64,000 nucleotides of DNA, taken from an uncultured Ruminococcus sp. (lineage in GTDB: Bacteria; Bacillota; Clostridia; Oscillospirales; Ruminococcaceae). The notes beneath the pieces were generated by a model. The model saw only the letters and a program-made list of their open reading frames with translations, was not told the DNA's origin and made no database searches. Below are positions 28,910 to 38,602 of the stretch, in pieces (positions within the stretch are counted from its first letter, which is position 1; the number at the start of each line of letters is the position of its first letter). The stretch covers positions 190,131 to 254,130 of the forward strand of contig NZ_CAMYUE010000002.1 in the NCBI RefSeq assembly GCF_947301925.1, read 5' to 3'. The position numbers and the translations under genes are program-made.

Positions 28910-31567
28910 TTATCCTCCGATAAGGAATATTATATTCGCAACAGCCCATACAACGGGAGCTGCCGCATAGAACAGCGCCGCAAAGCATACGCTCAGGCCG
29001 CATACCGCTTTTACGGCGGTCTTTTCTGCCCTGACCGATCTCTTCTTTCTGCCCGTGACCGTCAATGCTGCCGCAAACAGCAGCGCTCCCGCTGCCGTAA
29101 GAACCGCTCCCGGCTTCAATCCCCGGGGACAGAAGCGAAGCTCAGCCGTTCCGCCGTCCTCCGGCAGCTCTACAGCGGAAAGGGAGCCTATGGTCTTTAT
29201 CAGCGGAGCCTTTTTACCGTTGACGGTACAGCTCCAGCCCTCTGACCAGGCTATGGGAAGGTAGATATATCCTCCTCTGTCCGCAGAGGCGGTGAGAGTG
29301 CTGCTGCTGACTTTCACAACGGCAGTATCTGCGGCGGCGATAGCATCCGAAGCTCTGTCTGCGTCAAAGAGATACAGTCCGAAGCTTGCAGCGGTAAAGT
29401 CCTTGAGTATTCTTATACGGACAGACAAGGTCTCGTCCTCATAGGTGCCCAGGTCGATGATGCCGTTGCAGGAGCCGTTGGGATAGTTGCCCAGCACGAG
29501 CTGATCGTTCACGAACACCTCTGCGCTGTAGTAATAGTCCTCCTCAACGTCGGCGGAGTACCTGCCGAAGAGGTCGAAATACAGCTCGCGGCGGCCATTG
29601 ACGTCAATATCGTATATGAGCTCCGACGGCTGGTCGGGCAGCCTTTTAACCGTAACGCTGCCGTTGTTTTCCGTTATATCCAGCCCCTCGGCAGTATCGG
29701 GAACAAGCTCCTCCACCACGCCCTTCTCTCCGAAGAGCCTGTCTGACAGGAACTCCGTTGCCGCCATGCGCTCGCAGCTCTCAAAGTCCGCAAGCTCAGA
29801 GGGAGGAACGTCGGATATCACTGCTCCGTCGGGGACGCGGGGGTCGGTGCGGACGGACAGGCTTCCCGTAACGTCATAGGCTCTGTAGAAGCGGTTGACG
29901 CCGTAGGAACTGCCTATGATATACCTGTTCAGCAGCAGCTCGTCAGTGAGCATGGTGCCTCCCGAGGTGTCCATATCCAGCCAGTGGGAGGAATAGCCCA
30001 GCCGCTTCATAGTGTACAGCATATCTCCGTCAGTAAGGGAGGTATAGTGGCCAGTGGAATACTTACCCATGGCCTCGGCGTAATTGGGGTAATAGTACCT
30101 TCTCAGCGCCTTTACGCGGACAAATCCTTCATCATCTATACGCTCAAGGGTATCACAGGCAGACCTGAAGCCTGCGGAAACGTCCTCTGTCTCAGCCACG
30201 TTTATGCCGAAGGTCATGAAGCTCTCGCCAAAGAGCAGCACAGCCATTACAATGACGGCAAAGGCCTTTTTCGTCCTGCCCCTTCGGAAGCTGTAGACTG
30301 CGGCAAAATATGCAGCTCCGCCGAGAAGTCCCACGGCGGTGATGATGAGGCCGTCCTTCGGCTCCACCCATAGGCTGTGAGGGTAGGAGCTGAGGCTGCT
30401 GCGCTTTATATAGGCCGCAGCCGCAGCCGCCGAAAACAGCACAGCCGCTGCTGCGGGAATTATATGAGCCGAAGCAGAAGGCTTATCCTCCTGTCTTTCG
30501 GAAATAAGAGCTCCGCAGGCAGAAAACATCAGAAGTATGACTATAAAGCCGTATCTCAGGGGATAGGCCTGATAGCTGCCCGTTTGCAGGAGCTTGTTCA
30601 CGGGCTCGATAAATATGCCGATAAACGATATGAGTCCGCCGACCGCAAAGAAACGGGCTCTGCCCGAGGCCATGCTCCTGCGGAATACTATGAGCAGCAC
30701 AGCTGCCGCAAATACAAGGCCGCTGCCCGAAAGCAGGGCGGTCTTGTCAAATGTCCTCTGTATGAAGTAGCCGCCGAAATACACTTCGCTCAGGGAGTTT
30801 CCCCTGCCCGACGAGGTGTACTGCGAAAAGGCAGGCAGCCAGACAACGCCGCTGAGCAGGGCGGCACAGATATCGCCAAGGAGCAGCTTCTTCGCCCTGT
30901 CGCCGCGCTTTCCGGCATCGCAGCACATATGCAGCGCAGCTCCGCCAAGTATGACGGTGAATATTATCACCATGAAACTGATATAGAAGTTCATGAGCAG
31001 ACACATGGCAAAGCAAAGAGTATAGGCGCCCCATTTTCCGCTTTCCGTAAGCCTGAAAAGCGCCGTCATCAGCAGGGGGAATATTATCATCATGTCCAGC
31101 CACATATTGTTCTGATAGTACATCATGACGTAGCCGCTGACGCCGTACATCACCGACATGAGCATACTGAAGGATACGTCCAGCTTCGGCAGCACCCTGC
31201 GGAAATAATACTCCGCGGAGGCAGAGCTAAGTCCCGCCTTAATTACAAGGAGGATATTCACGAACCATATCATCTGCGAATTGTCCGCCGCCAGAGATAA
31301 CAGCGACAGCGGCGACGACAGGAAGAACAGGAACACGCCGTAGAAGCTCATGAGTCCGCCGCCACGTCCCAGAAGGAGAGAGCCGTCGGAGAGAGCGGTT
31401 TTCAGCTCCATGAGCAGGGGCACATACTGCTGATCCATGTCGCACCAGGCAACGGAGCGCTCCCCGAAGGGATAGAAGCCGTGGAGGGCATAAAACAGCA
31501 TAAAAAGCAGCGCCGCAGCGGCTCCTGCCGCAAGAGGCGATAAATATGTCTTTATCTTATTTTTCAT
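28910..31567 (-). CDS. YfhO family membrane protein (putative glycosyltransferase)
   Basis: About 885 aa, polytopic N-terminal two thirds plus an extracytoplasmic C-domain, with a YfhO-like N-terminus (YPFGERSVAWCDMDQQYVPL). The ATG start has AAGGAGG 7 nt upstream (codon 39 of the track ORF). Confidence 0.8.
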   Translation of the reverse strand: MKNKIKTYLSPLAAGAAAALLFMLFYALHGFYPFGERSVAWCDMDQQYVPLLMELKTALSDGSLLLGRGGGLMSFYGVFLFFLSSPLSLLSLAADNSQMIWFVNILLVIKAGLSSASAEYYFRRVLPKLDVSFSMLMSVMYGVSGYVMMYYQNNMWLDMMIIFPLLMTALFRLTESGKWGAYTLCFAMCLLMNFYISFMVIIFTVILGGAALHMCCDAGKRGDRAKKLLLGDICAALLSGVVWLPAFSQYTSSGRGNSLSEVYFGGYFIQRTFDKTALLSGSGLVFAAAVLLIVFRRSMASGRARFFAVGGLISFIGIFIEPVNKLLQTGSYQAYPLRYGFIVILLMFSACGALISERQEDKPSASAHIIPAAAAVLFSAAAAAAYIKRSSLSSYPHSLWVEPKDGLIITAVGLLGGAAYFAAVYSFRRGRTKKAFAVIVMAVLLFGESFMTFGINVAETEDVSAGFRSACDTLERIDDEGFVRVKALRRYYYPNYAEAMGKYSTGHYTSLTDGDMLYTMKRLGYSSHWLDMDTSGGTMLTDELLLNRYIIGSSYGVNRFYRAYDVTGSLSVRTDPRVPDGAVISDVPPSELADFESCERMAATEFLSDRLFGEKGVVEELVPDTAEGLDITENNGSVTVKRLPDQPSELIYDIDVNGRRELYFDLFGRYSADVEEDYYYSAEVFVNDQLVLGNYPNGSCNGIIDLGTYEDETLSVRIRILKDFTAASFGLYLFDADRASDAIAAADTAVVKVSSSTLTASADRGGYIYLPIAWSEGWSCTVNGKKAPLIKTIGSLSAVELPEDGGTAELRFCPRGLKPGAVLTAAGALLFAAALTVTGRKKRSVRAEKTAVKAVCGLSVCFAALFYAAAPVVWAVANIIFLIGG

Positions 31568-31595
31568 GCCTTTCCTCCTTTGCATTGACCAGATA

Positions 31596-31624
31596 ATTCT
31601 ATCACATTTTCCCTGTTTAGTCAA
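31596..31624 (-). promoter_or_regulatory. Sigma-A promoter for the YfhO gene
   Basis: On the - strand: TTGACT, a 17-nt spacer, then TAGAAT with an extended TG. Confidence 0.55.
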
Positions 31625-31625
31625 T

Positions 31626-31658
31626 AAAAAAGATCCGAAGCATCTCTGCTTCGGATCT
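31626..31658 (-). terminator. Intrinsic terminator after the zinc-ribbon repeat protein gene
   Basis: 12-bp perfect stem AGATCCGAAGCA/TGCTTCGGATCT followed by T6 on the - strand. Confidence 0.85.
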
Positions 31659-31677
31659 CTGTGATCATAAGATCTTA

Positions 31678-32661
31678 TCAATCATAGTAATCGAGGTCGT
31701 CAGCTGACATGGGTATGATCTTCCAGCCTTCGCCCTTAACCTTAACAACGCACAGTGTAGTCTTGTCGTGCTCTGTGTCGCCGTCTTCGTCCTTGTTCTT
31801 TGTCTTGACTCTCATCTCGTAGCCCTTGATGACCTTTACTGTATCATCATCAGCATCGTAGTCGTCGCATAACTCCTCGAAGTAGTTCTCAGCGTGTCTG
31901 ATATCAGACTTCTTGAGCTTCTCCTGACGTGTGATTTTGTCGAACTTGGGAAGAGTCTCCTTGTCCTCGAGGTCGTCGATCCTGTCCTCGATCATCTCAT
32001 TGAAGCTGTCAACTCTGTCCTCGTACTCGTCCTCGTCCTTGAGGGCATCGATAACCGAATCGGGCATTGTGAGCTCGATCATTGTCTTTCCGCCCTTCTT
32101 GTCAGAAGCAGACTTGATATACTTCTTTACAGCGCCCTTTGCGCCACCGCCGCCTAAAAGAAGAGCAAGAAGCAGTACCAGGATAAGAGCAACGGCACCG
32201 AGAGCGATATAAACGATGCTCTTGTTGTTCTTCATGCTTCCGGGAAGATTCTCGGAAATACCGCCTGCAATGTTGTCCACCTTCTTTGCGATGTCAGAAC
32301 CGTTGATCTGCTTCATGCCGTTTCCTGCATTCTGTGCAGCGTTGTTTACAGCCTGAGCAGCATCATTCTTGACCTCATTGGCAGCATTTGCAGCATTGTT
32401 CAGAGCCTGAGCAGCGTCATTCTTGACCTCGTTAACAGCATCTGCAGCCTTCTGCTCTGCGTTCTCAACAACGTTTGCAGCCTTTTCTGCTGCGTTGTCA
32501 ACAGCCTGAGCAGCGTCATTCCTGACCTCGTTAACAGCCTCGGCAGCGTTGTTGACGCCGTTCTCGACTGTCTCCTTTACCTCGCCTGCTGCCTTTGATT
32601 CAGCACAGTCACAGGCGCCTCCTTCGGGGATCTGCTTTCCGCAGTACTTACAAAATGCCAT
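31678..32661 (-). CDS. Zinc-ribbon, repeat-containing single-pass membrane protein
   Basis: N-terminal CKYCG...CDC zinc ribbon, four or more imperfect repeats of about 20 aa (NEVKNDAAQA.NNAA), one TM and an acidic C-domain. Confidence 0.65.
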   Translation of the reverse strand: MAFCKYCGKQIPEGGACDCAESKAAGEVKETVENGVNNAAEAVNEVRNDAAQAVDNAAEKAANVVENAEQKAADAVNEVKNDAAQALNNAANAANEVKNDAAQAVNNAAQNAGNGMKQINGSDIAKKVDNIAGGISENLPGSMKNNKSIVYIALGAVALILVLLLALLLGGGGAKGAVKKYIKSASDKKGGKTMIELTMPDSVIDALKDEDEYEDRVDSFNEMIEDRIDDLEDKETLPKFDKITRQEKLKKSDIRHAENYFEELCDDYDADDDTVKVIKGYEMRVKTKNKDEDGDTEHDKTTLCVVKVKGEGWKIIPMSADDLDYYD

Positions 32662-32834
32662 AAGAAAACCTCCAGATAAAATATTTCAATAATTATTCTA
32701 TCATATAACCCTATATGTTGTCAAGCAAAACCAGTTATTTTGATAGGCAAAAATTTCTTTTCGTCAATTTGCATAAAAATGAAAAAACGCACTGTGCTCA
32801 TTGTATGAGGCGGCGCATTGTATTACCGGCTATT

Positions 32835-33335
32835 TCACCTTATATCCTGTCCGCGAAGGCTTTTCAGAGCCGCGGCATATGACAGCAGCAGAGCACAGGC
32901 AGGCACCGCTGCTGCGGGCATTATTGCCGCAAGCTCTCCCATCGAAAGGTCGGCCGCAGAGGCTGAGGGCTCGATGAAATTGTACAGGCGCAGAAATGAC
33001 GGATCAAGCAGCTTGAAAAGGCCGTAGAACTCAAAGGCGCCGCCCCGCGATATGCACAGGAGCACGCGGCTTATAAACGGAACTGCGGTCACAGCTGCCG
33101 CTGCGCCAAGCATACCTCTCACCGGGGCGCGGCTCTCACTGTGTTTTTCCTTTTTACAGTCCGCCGAGGCCTCATTTATGCCAAAGTCCGCCAGCACGCA
33201 CACCATAACCGAAAAAGTACACACAAGGCATATGGCACTGATAAGCGTGCCTCCCGCCGCCGCCAGCATTATATTCACGAAAAGGCTGAGCAGCTGAGCG
33301 GCTGTATATCTCAAAAATGCTCTGAATACTCTCAT
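32835..33335 (-). CDS. Hypothetical multi-TM membrane protein
   Basis: 166 aa with 4 predicted hydrophobic helices. No family recognised. Confidence 0.5.
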   Translation of the reverse strand: MRVFRAFLRYTAAQLLSLFVNIMLAAAGGTLISAICLVCTFSVMVCVLADFGINEASADCKKEKHSESRAPVRGMLGAAAAVTAVPFISRVLLCISRGGAFEFYGLFKLLDPSFLRLYNFIEPSASAADLSMGELAAIMPAAAVPACALLLSYAAALKSLRGQDIR

Positions 33336-33459
33336 ATTCTCCCCTTCACGCGCATATATCCTTCCCTGTGGGGCATAATATATGCGGAGGTGTTATCATG
33401 TACGATACCGAAGAAAAAGACGTCAAGATCTACATTCCGGGAAGCTCCGCCGACAGCGG

Positions 33460-33891
33460 TCATTCCCTGCCGCCGCACTCCGAGCAGCGTCCGTAGAACA
33501 CGGTCTGTGAGTAATCAATGTCGAAGCCATGCTCCTCCTCGATATGACGGGTGAGCTCCGCAAGATGCTCGCAGTCAAGATGAATGAGCCTGCCGCAGCA
33601 CAGACACTTCAGGTGGAAATGGCTGCGGCATTTCTCTTCGTCCTCGATATACTGATAGCAGGCCGATGTCTTTCCGTCAAAGGCGTATTTGCGCACAAGC
33701 CCCTGCTCCACCAGTCTGTCCAGCTGGCGGTAGATAGTGGCAACTCCCACGGGTGTACCCTCGGCTGACAGATACGCGCCTATCTCCTGCACATTGGTAT
33801 GCTTGTCCTTGTTTTTTATAAGATATGACAGAAGATTTTCCTTCTGTCTGGTATTGTATCCCGCGTCCTTTTTCATTTTCCCCTCCGTCAC
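33460..33891 (-). CDS. Fur family transcriptional regulator (Fur/Zur/PerR type)
   Basis: 143 aa with a wHTH (ATIYRQLDRLVEQGLV), HFHLKC and two CxxC pairs (CLCCG, CSECG). The start overlaps the upstream stop (ATGA). Confidence 0.88.
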   Translation of the reverse strand: MTEGKMKKDAGYNTRQKENLLSYLIKNKDKHTNVQEIGAYLSAEGTPVGVATIYRQLDRLVEQGLVRKYAFDGKTSACYQYIEDEEKCRSHFHLKCLCCGRLIHLDCEHLAELTRHIEEEHGFDIDYSQTVFYGRCSECGGRE

Positions 33892-34427
33892 TGTGTTATG
33901 ACCTTCCAGCCCTCGTCGTTGAGCCTTACTGCCAGCACAGTTTTTTCCGCGGCTTTTTTGCCGTCCTTTGTATAGTCGAAGGTGAGCTCATAGCCCTCCT
34001 TTATCTCCAGCTTTTCCGCGTCAAGAGCTGCATAGGGAGCGCTGACCGTCACAAAGTACCTTCTCACCGTATCCTTCTGCTCGTCGGTGAGCTCCTTTGA
34101 TGAGGTGACCTTTCCGAAGCTGTACTCCGCGTCGTCCTTTTTCAGGCTCTTTTCCTGGCTCTTGTTGTAATTGCTTACCATTTTATCGTACTTTCCCGCG
34201 GTCTTCATAGCCTCAACGGCTTCGTCGGGAAACATATAATCATAGAATATCTCTCCGCCGCCTCTTGTGTACATAGCGCCGAAGTACTCCTTTACCGCCT
34301 CGTCGCAGGACGAGCCGTCCTGATATGAAGCCTTTACCCCCGAAAGGGTCTTGCCCCCTGACTTGCAGCCCATTGCCGTACAGAGCACAGTACCGCACAC
34401 AAGAAGGAGCACTGCCGTTTTTTTCAT
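33888..34427 (-). CDS. Lipoprotein, unknown function
   Basis: 179 aa with a signal peptide and lipobox (LCTAMGC). Translationally coupled to the Fur-family gene. Confidence 0.65.
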   Translation of the reverse strand: MKKTAVLLLVCGTVLCTAMGCKSGGKTLSGVKASYQDGSSCDEAVKEYFGAMYTRGGGEIFYDYMFPDEAVEAMKTAGKYDKMVSNYNKSQEKSLKKDDAEYSFGKVTSSKELTDEQKDTVRRYFVTVSAPYAALDAEKLEIKEGYELTFDYTKDGKKAAEKTVLAVRLNDEGWKVITQ

Positions 34428-34546
34428 ACGGTTTTCCTCCGCAATAAATATTCATTCAGATTATATCACTATTCTGCCCCGTTGTCAATGCGGCATACAT
34501 AAGAAAGCCGCACCGTCAGCCTGGTGCTTACGGTACGGCTTTGATA

Positions 34547-35188
34547 TCATCTGATCTCCACTCCGGGGATCTCGTCTGCCTTATGGCATGAGCTGTCGCC
34601 CTTTACGGCGAGGCCTACCTCATATGCTGCGATGAGCCTGTAAAGAGCCGACGGGAAGTATTTGCCGCGGTACTCGCGGATAACGCGGTCATGATCGCCG
34701 CTCCTGCGCATGAGATCGGCTGCAAGTAGCACGATGTTCTGATCCTCTGACAGGGCTGCCTTATGGGTATCGTAGACCTTAAGGGCTGCTCTGCGGCACT
34801 CGGCCGCCTTTTCCTCATCGCCCCGGTCGTCGCATACCCAGGCCGCATAGAGAGCCGCCTTAACAGCCTCGTTATAGACCTTGTTCTTCTCGCAGGAGAG
34901 AGACATTTTCATAAAGCGGCCTGCGAGATCGTCTCCCGGCTTCCTGTATCTGTCGCTCATAGGATACTCCTTGGTGAACTCCGCGGGAATATCTATGGAG
35001 GCATTGCAGTAGCCGCAGTGAGGACACTCCATCACCCAGTATTTTGTATAGGAGCGGTGAGGCTCATCGGGTCTCATGTCAAGATCGGGAACGCTGGTGT
35101 CGGGATCGAACTCGGCCACCACGGTCTGTACGGAGCTTTCGCCGCATACTGCGCAGACCAGCTCTTTTTCCTCTGTTCTGAATGCCAT
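34547..35188 (-). CDS. Zinc-ribbon plus TPR-like helical protein (DUF2225-like)
   Basis: 213 aa with CAVCG...CPHCGYC followed by a helical repeat region. The family name comes from remembered architecture. Confidence 0.55.
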   Translation of the reverse strand: MAFRTEEKELVCAVCGESSVQTVVAEFDPDTSVPDLDMRPDEPHRSYTKYWVMECPHCGYCNASIDIPAEFTKEYPMSDRYRKPGDDLAGRFMKMSLSCEKNKVYNEAVKAALYAAWVCDDRGDEEKAAECRRAALKVYDTHKAALSEDQNIVLLAADLMRRSGDHDRVIREYRGKYFPSALYRLIAAYEVGLAVKGDSSCHKADEIPGVEIR

Positions 35189-35197
35189 GGCTCCTCC

Positions 35198-37471
35198 TTA
35201 CTTCTGCTTTATGCGGAAGCTGCTGTTGCGGAGCTGAGAAGCGTCAAAGCCCTTGGGCCTGCGGTCCTCGCGCTTTCTGTTATTGGGTCTGCGCTCGGAC
35301 TTCTGCTTCTTCTCCTCCTCGTCGTTGAGCCGCATGGTCAGTGATATGCGGTTTCTCTTGAGGTCAACGTCAAGGACTCTTACCTTCACTACCTCGCCCA
35401 CCTTTACGGCTTCAAGAGGGTGCTTGATGTATCGGCTGCATATCTGTGAGATGTGGACAAGTCCGTCCTCGTGAACGCCGATGTCCACGAAGCAGCCGAA
35501 GTCGATGATGTTGCGGACGGTTCCCACAAGCTCCATACCGGGCTTGAGGTCCTTTATCTCCATAACGTCGCCGCTTCTGAGAAGTGGTGCGGGGAGCTCG
35601 TCACGGAGGTCGCGGCCGGGCTTTTTAAGCTCGCCGATGATGTCGGTGAGAGTGGGAACGCCTATGCCCAGCGTCTTGCTGATATTGTCTATGCCGATGC
35701 TGTTTGCCTTCTCGGTGATGCCCTCTGCACCGCTGCCTGCGATGTCCGCAAGGGTAAAGCCGCACTCGCTGAGCAGGGAGGAAGCTGCCTCATAGCTCTC
35801 GGGGTGAACTGCGGTATTGTCAAGAGGGTTCTTGCCGTCGCGGACTCTCAGGAAGCCTGCGCACTGCTCGAAGGCCTTTTTGCCCAGCTTGGGCACCTTG
35901 AGAAGTTCCTTGCGGTCGGTGAAGCGGCCGTTCTCCTCACGGTAGGTAACGATATTCTTTGCAACTGTGGCATTTATGCCTGCGATATAGGAAAGAAGCG
36001 AATGTGAAGCGGTATTGAGGTCAACTCCCACGGAGTTAACGCAGTCCTCAACTACGCCGCCCAGAGCTTCGCTCATTCTTGCCTGGGGCATATCGTGCTG
36101 ATACTGTCCTACGCCGATAGCCTTGGGGTCTATCTTTACCAGCTCCGCAAGAGGATCCTGAAGACGTCTTGCAATGGATATAGCGCCCCTGATAGATACG
36201 TCATACTCGGGGAACTCCTCGGCAGCTACCTTGGAAGCGGAGTATACGGAAGCTCCCGCCTCGCTTACTACCATGTAGCTTACGTCCTGGGGCACCTCCT
36301 TGACTATCTCTGCGGCAAAGCTCTCGGTCTCGCGGGAGGCTGTGCCGTTTCCGATAGAGATGACGTTTACGTTGTACTTCTGTATGAACTCCTTGACCTT
36401 GCGCTTTGCAGCCTCAACCGCTCCCGCAGATCCTACGGGATAGATTATAGCCGTATCCAGCACCTTGCCCGTACCGTCGATGACTGCGGTCTTGCAGCCG
36501 TGTGCGTAGCCGGGATCAAGTCCGAGAATTATGCTGCTCTTGAGGGGGGGCTGGAGAAGCATCTGACGGAGATTTGCTGCGAATACCTTTATGGACTCCT
36601 CGGCAGCCTTTGCGCTCATCTCTGAGCGTATCTCTCGCTCGATAGAGGGGAATATAAGTCTCTTGTAGCTGTCTGCGGCTGCGGCTCTTACCAGCTCTCC
36701 GCAGGCATTGTTTGCCTTGATATACTTGCCGAAGATAACGTCTGTGGCAAGAGTCTCGTCCAGTGTGACAGCCACCTTGAGGAAGCCCTCCTTCTCGCCT
36801 CTGTCAAGGGCGAGAACGCGGTGGTTTGCCACCTTTGGGATAGCCTCGGAGTACTCATAGTAATTCATGTATACGCTCTCAGCCTCGGGGTCGGAAGCCT
36901 TTGATACCAGCTCTCCCTTTTCGCCTGCAAGGGCACGGAGCTTCTTTCTGATATCGGCATCGTCGGAGATATCCTCCGCGATGATGTCCATAGCTCCCTG
37001 GAGAGCGGTCTGGACGTCGTTTATCTTCTTCTCCTCGTCGATGAAGGCTTCTGCCTCCTTCTCGGGGTCTGTGGAGTTCTCCTGTGCCATGAGCAGCTCA
37101 GCCAGAGGCTCAAGGCCGTTCTCACGGGCAATACTTGCACGGGTGCGGCGCTTGGGCTTGAAGGGACGGTAGATGTCCTCCACCTCTACCAGAGTAACAG
37201 CAGCGCTGATAGCTGCCTCTATCTCGGGAGTCATCTTCTCCTGCTCGGTAATGGCGGCAGTTACCTCCTCCTTGCGCTTTTCAAGGTTGCGCAGGTACAT
37301 GAGTCTGTCGTAGAGCTCACGGAGTATCTGGTCGTCCAGGGAGCCTGTGAGCTCCTTACGGTAACGGGCTATGAAGGGTATGGTCTTATCGTCGTCAATA
37401 AGAGCCACGGTGTTGTCCACCTGTTCCTGTCTGAGTCCGAATTCCTTTGCGAGTGTCTTGTTGATATCCAT
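35198..37471 (-). CDS. tex: Tex-like S1 RNA-binding transcription accessory protein (YhgF)
   Basis: Tex N-terminal HTH, YqgF-like and HhH regions, and a C-terminal S1 domain (GTVRNIIDFGCFVDIG...GLVHISQ). The start is moved to the ATG at codon 10 with an RBS. Confidence 0.9.
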   Translation of the reverse strand: MDINKTLAKEFGLRQEQVDNTVALIDDDKTIPFIARYRKELTGSLDDQILRELYDRLMYLRNLEKRKEEVTAAITEQEKMTPEIEAAISAAVTLVEVEDIYRPFKPKRRTRASIARENGLEPLAELLMAQENSTDPEKEAEAFIDEEKKINDVQTALQGAMDIIAEDISDDADIRKKLRALAGEKGELVSKASDPEAESVYMNYYEYSEAIPKVANHRVLALDRGEKEGFLKVAVTLDETLATDVIFGKYIKANNACGELVRAAAADSYKRLIFPSIEREIRSEMSAKAAEESIKVFAANLRQMLLQPPLKSSIILGLDPGYAHGCKTAVIDGTGKVLDTAIIYPVGSAGAVEAAKRKVKEFIQKYNVNVISIGNGTASRETESFAAEIVKEVPQDVSYMVVSEAGASVYSASKVAAEEFPEYDVSIRGAISIARRLQDPLAELVKIDPKAIGVGQYQHDMPQARMSEALGGVVEDCVNSVGVDLNTASHSLLSYIAGINATVAKNIVTYREENGRFTDRKELLKVPKLGKKAFEQCAGFLRVRDGKNPLDNTAVHPESYEAASSLLSECGFTLADIAGSGAEGITEKANSIGIDNISKTLGIGVPTLTDIIGELKKPGRDLRDELPAPLLRSGDVMEIKDLKPGMELVGTVRNIIDFGCFVDIGVHEDGLVHISQICSRYIKHPLEAVKVGEVVKVRVLDVDLKRNRISLTMRLNDEEEKKQKSERRPNNRKREDRRPKGFDASQLRNSSFRIKQK

Positions 37472-37543
37472 AGTTATTCCTTTCATTTTACGATACAAGG
37501 ACCGTCAGCAGAGCCGCGGTCCCGTCCGTTGCATATATTGCGT

Positions 37544-38545
37544 TCATTCCTCATTTTCTGCCGTTTCGGCTGTCTGAACGGCCTCAGCAGGCATTTCCTG
37601 AGCCCGTCTGTCATTCCAGCGGTCAAGCCATGAGAAAAGAGTCTTTGCAATGTCCTTATATACGTTAATGGAGTTCTTCTCCATAAGCACGTCGTGTCTC
37701 ATACCGTCAAAAAGGCGGTGGGATATGCTCTCGTAGCCAAGCTTTTCCAGCCTTCTCATCGAGCGCATGAAGCGTTTTTCCGATATCATGGCGGAGTCGT
37801 CCCTGCCTGATATGAAGCGTATGGGCAGCGACGGATCGGTCATCTTCCAGCCCCTTCCCGACTCGGACTGCCTTATGAGCCATACAAGCTCCTGATAGGC
37901 ATTGAGGGTGGGCTTGAAGTTGCAGAGGGGATCCTCATTGTATGCCAGCACCACATCAGGATCGCTGCATCTCCATGAGTTTATGGGATCCTCGAAGAAT
38001 TTGCCGAAGCTGTCGTCCACGGTATCGAATATCTTCTCGCTCCTGAAGCGGCTTCCGGGACGCTTTGATGATACCGAGCTTATGGCTCTTGCAGCAGGTG
38101 AGAACACACTGTGACATATTGTACCCAGCAGCACCAGACCATTTATCTCGCCGTCGTGCTCCTTCAGGAAGCAGCGGGCGGCGGCAGCTCCCATACCGCT
38201 GGCAGCCATGAACACAGGCACACCCGGATAGGCAGCTTTTATCTTTCCGCAGAGCTGGACGATATCGCTAATCAGTCCCTCTCCGCCCATTCTGAACATA
38301 AAGCCGAGATCATCGGGCTCCACGATGCTCTTACCGTGGCCTCTGTTGTCGCATATCACCGTGATGAAGCCCTGCTCCGCAAGGTAATCCATAAAGGGAT
38401 AATAACGCTCCTTGTGCTCGTTCATGCCGTGAACTACCTGAACAATGCCGTTTATATCTCCCGAGGGCACTGCCAGCACAGCCGAGACAACAAGCTCGTC
38501 ATAATCGGAAGTAAATTCAAATTCCTTCAGATCAGCATTAAGCAT
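37544..38545 (-). CDS. Alpha/beta hydrolase (lysophospholipase/monoacylglycerol-lipase-like)
   Basis: 333 aa with HGMNEHKERY...DNRGHGKS and a nucleophile-elbow region ASGMGAA. Confidence 0.82.
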   Translation of the reverse strand: MLNADLKEFEFTSDYDELVVSAVLAVPSGDINGIVQVVHGMNEHKERYYPFMDYLAEQGFITVICDNRGHGKSIVEPDDLGFMFRMGGEGLISDIVQLCGKIKAAYPGVPVFMAASGMGAAAARCFLKEHDGEINGLVLLGTICHSVFSPAARAISSVSSKRPGSRFRSEKIFDTVDDSFGKFFEDPINSWRCSDPDVVLAYNEDPLCNFKPTLNAYQELVWLIRQSESGRGWKMTDPSLPIRFISGRDDSAMISEKRFMRSMRRLEKLGYESISHRLFDGMRHDVLMEKNSINVYKDIAKTLFSWLDRWNDRRAQEMPAEAVQTAETAENEE

Positions 38546-38602
38546 AGAGATCCTCCTGTCAAAAATCGGGGAAAAAATTAAGTGTACAAGTTTTTTTGAT
38601 TA

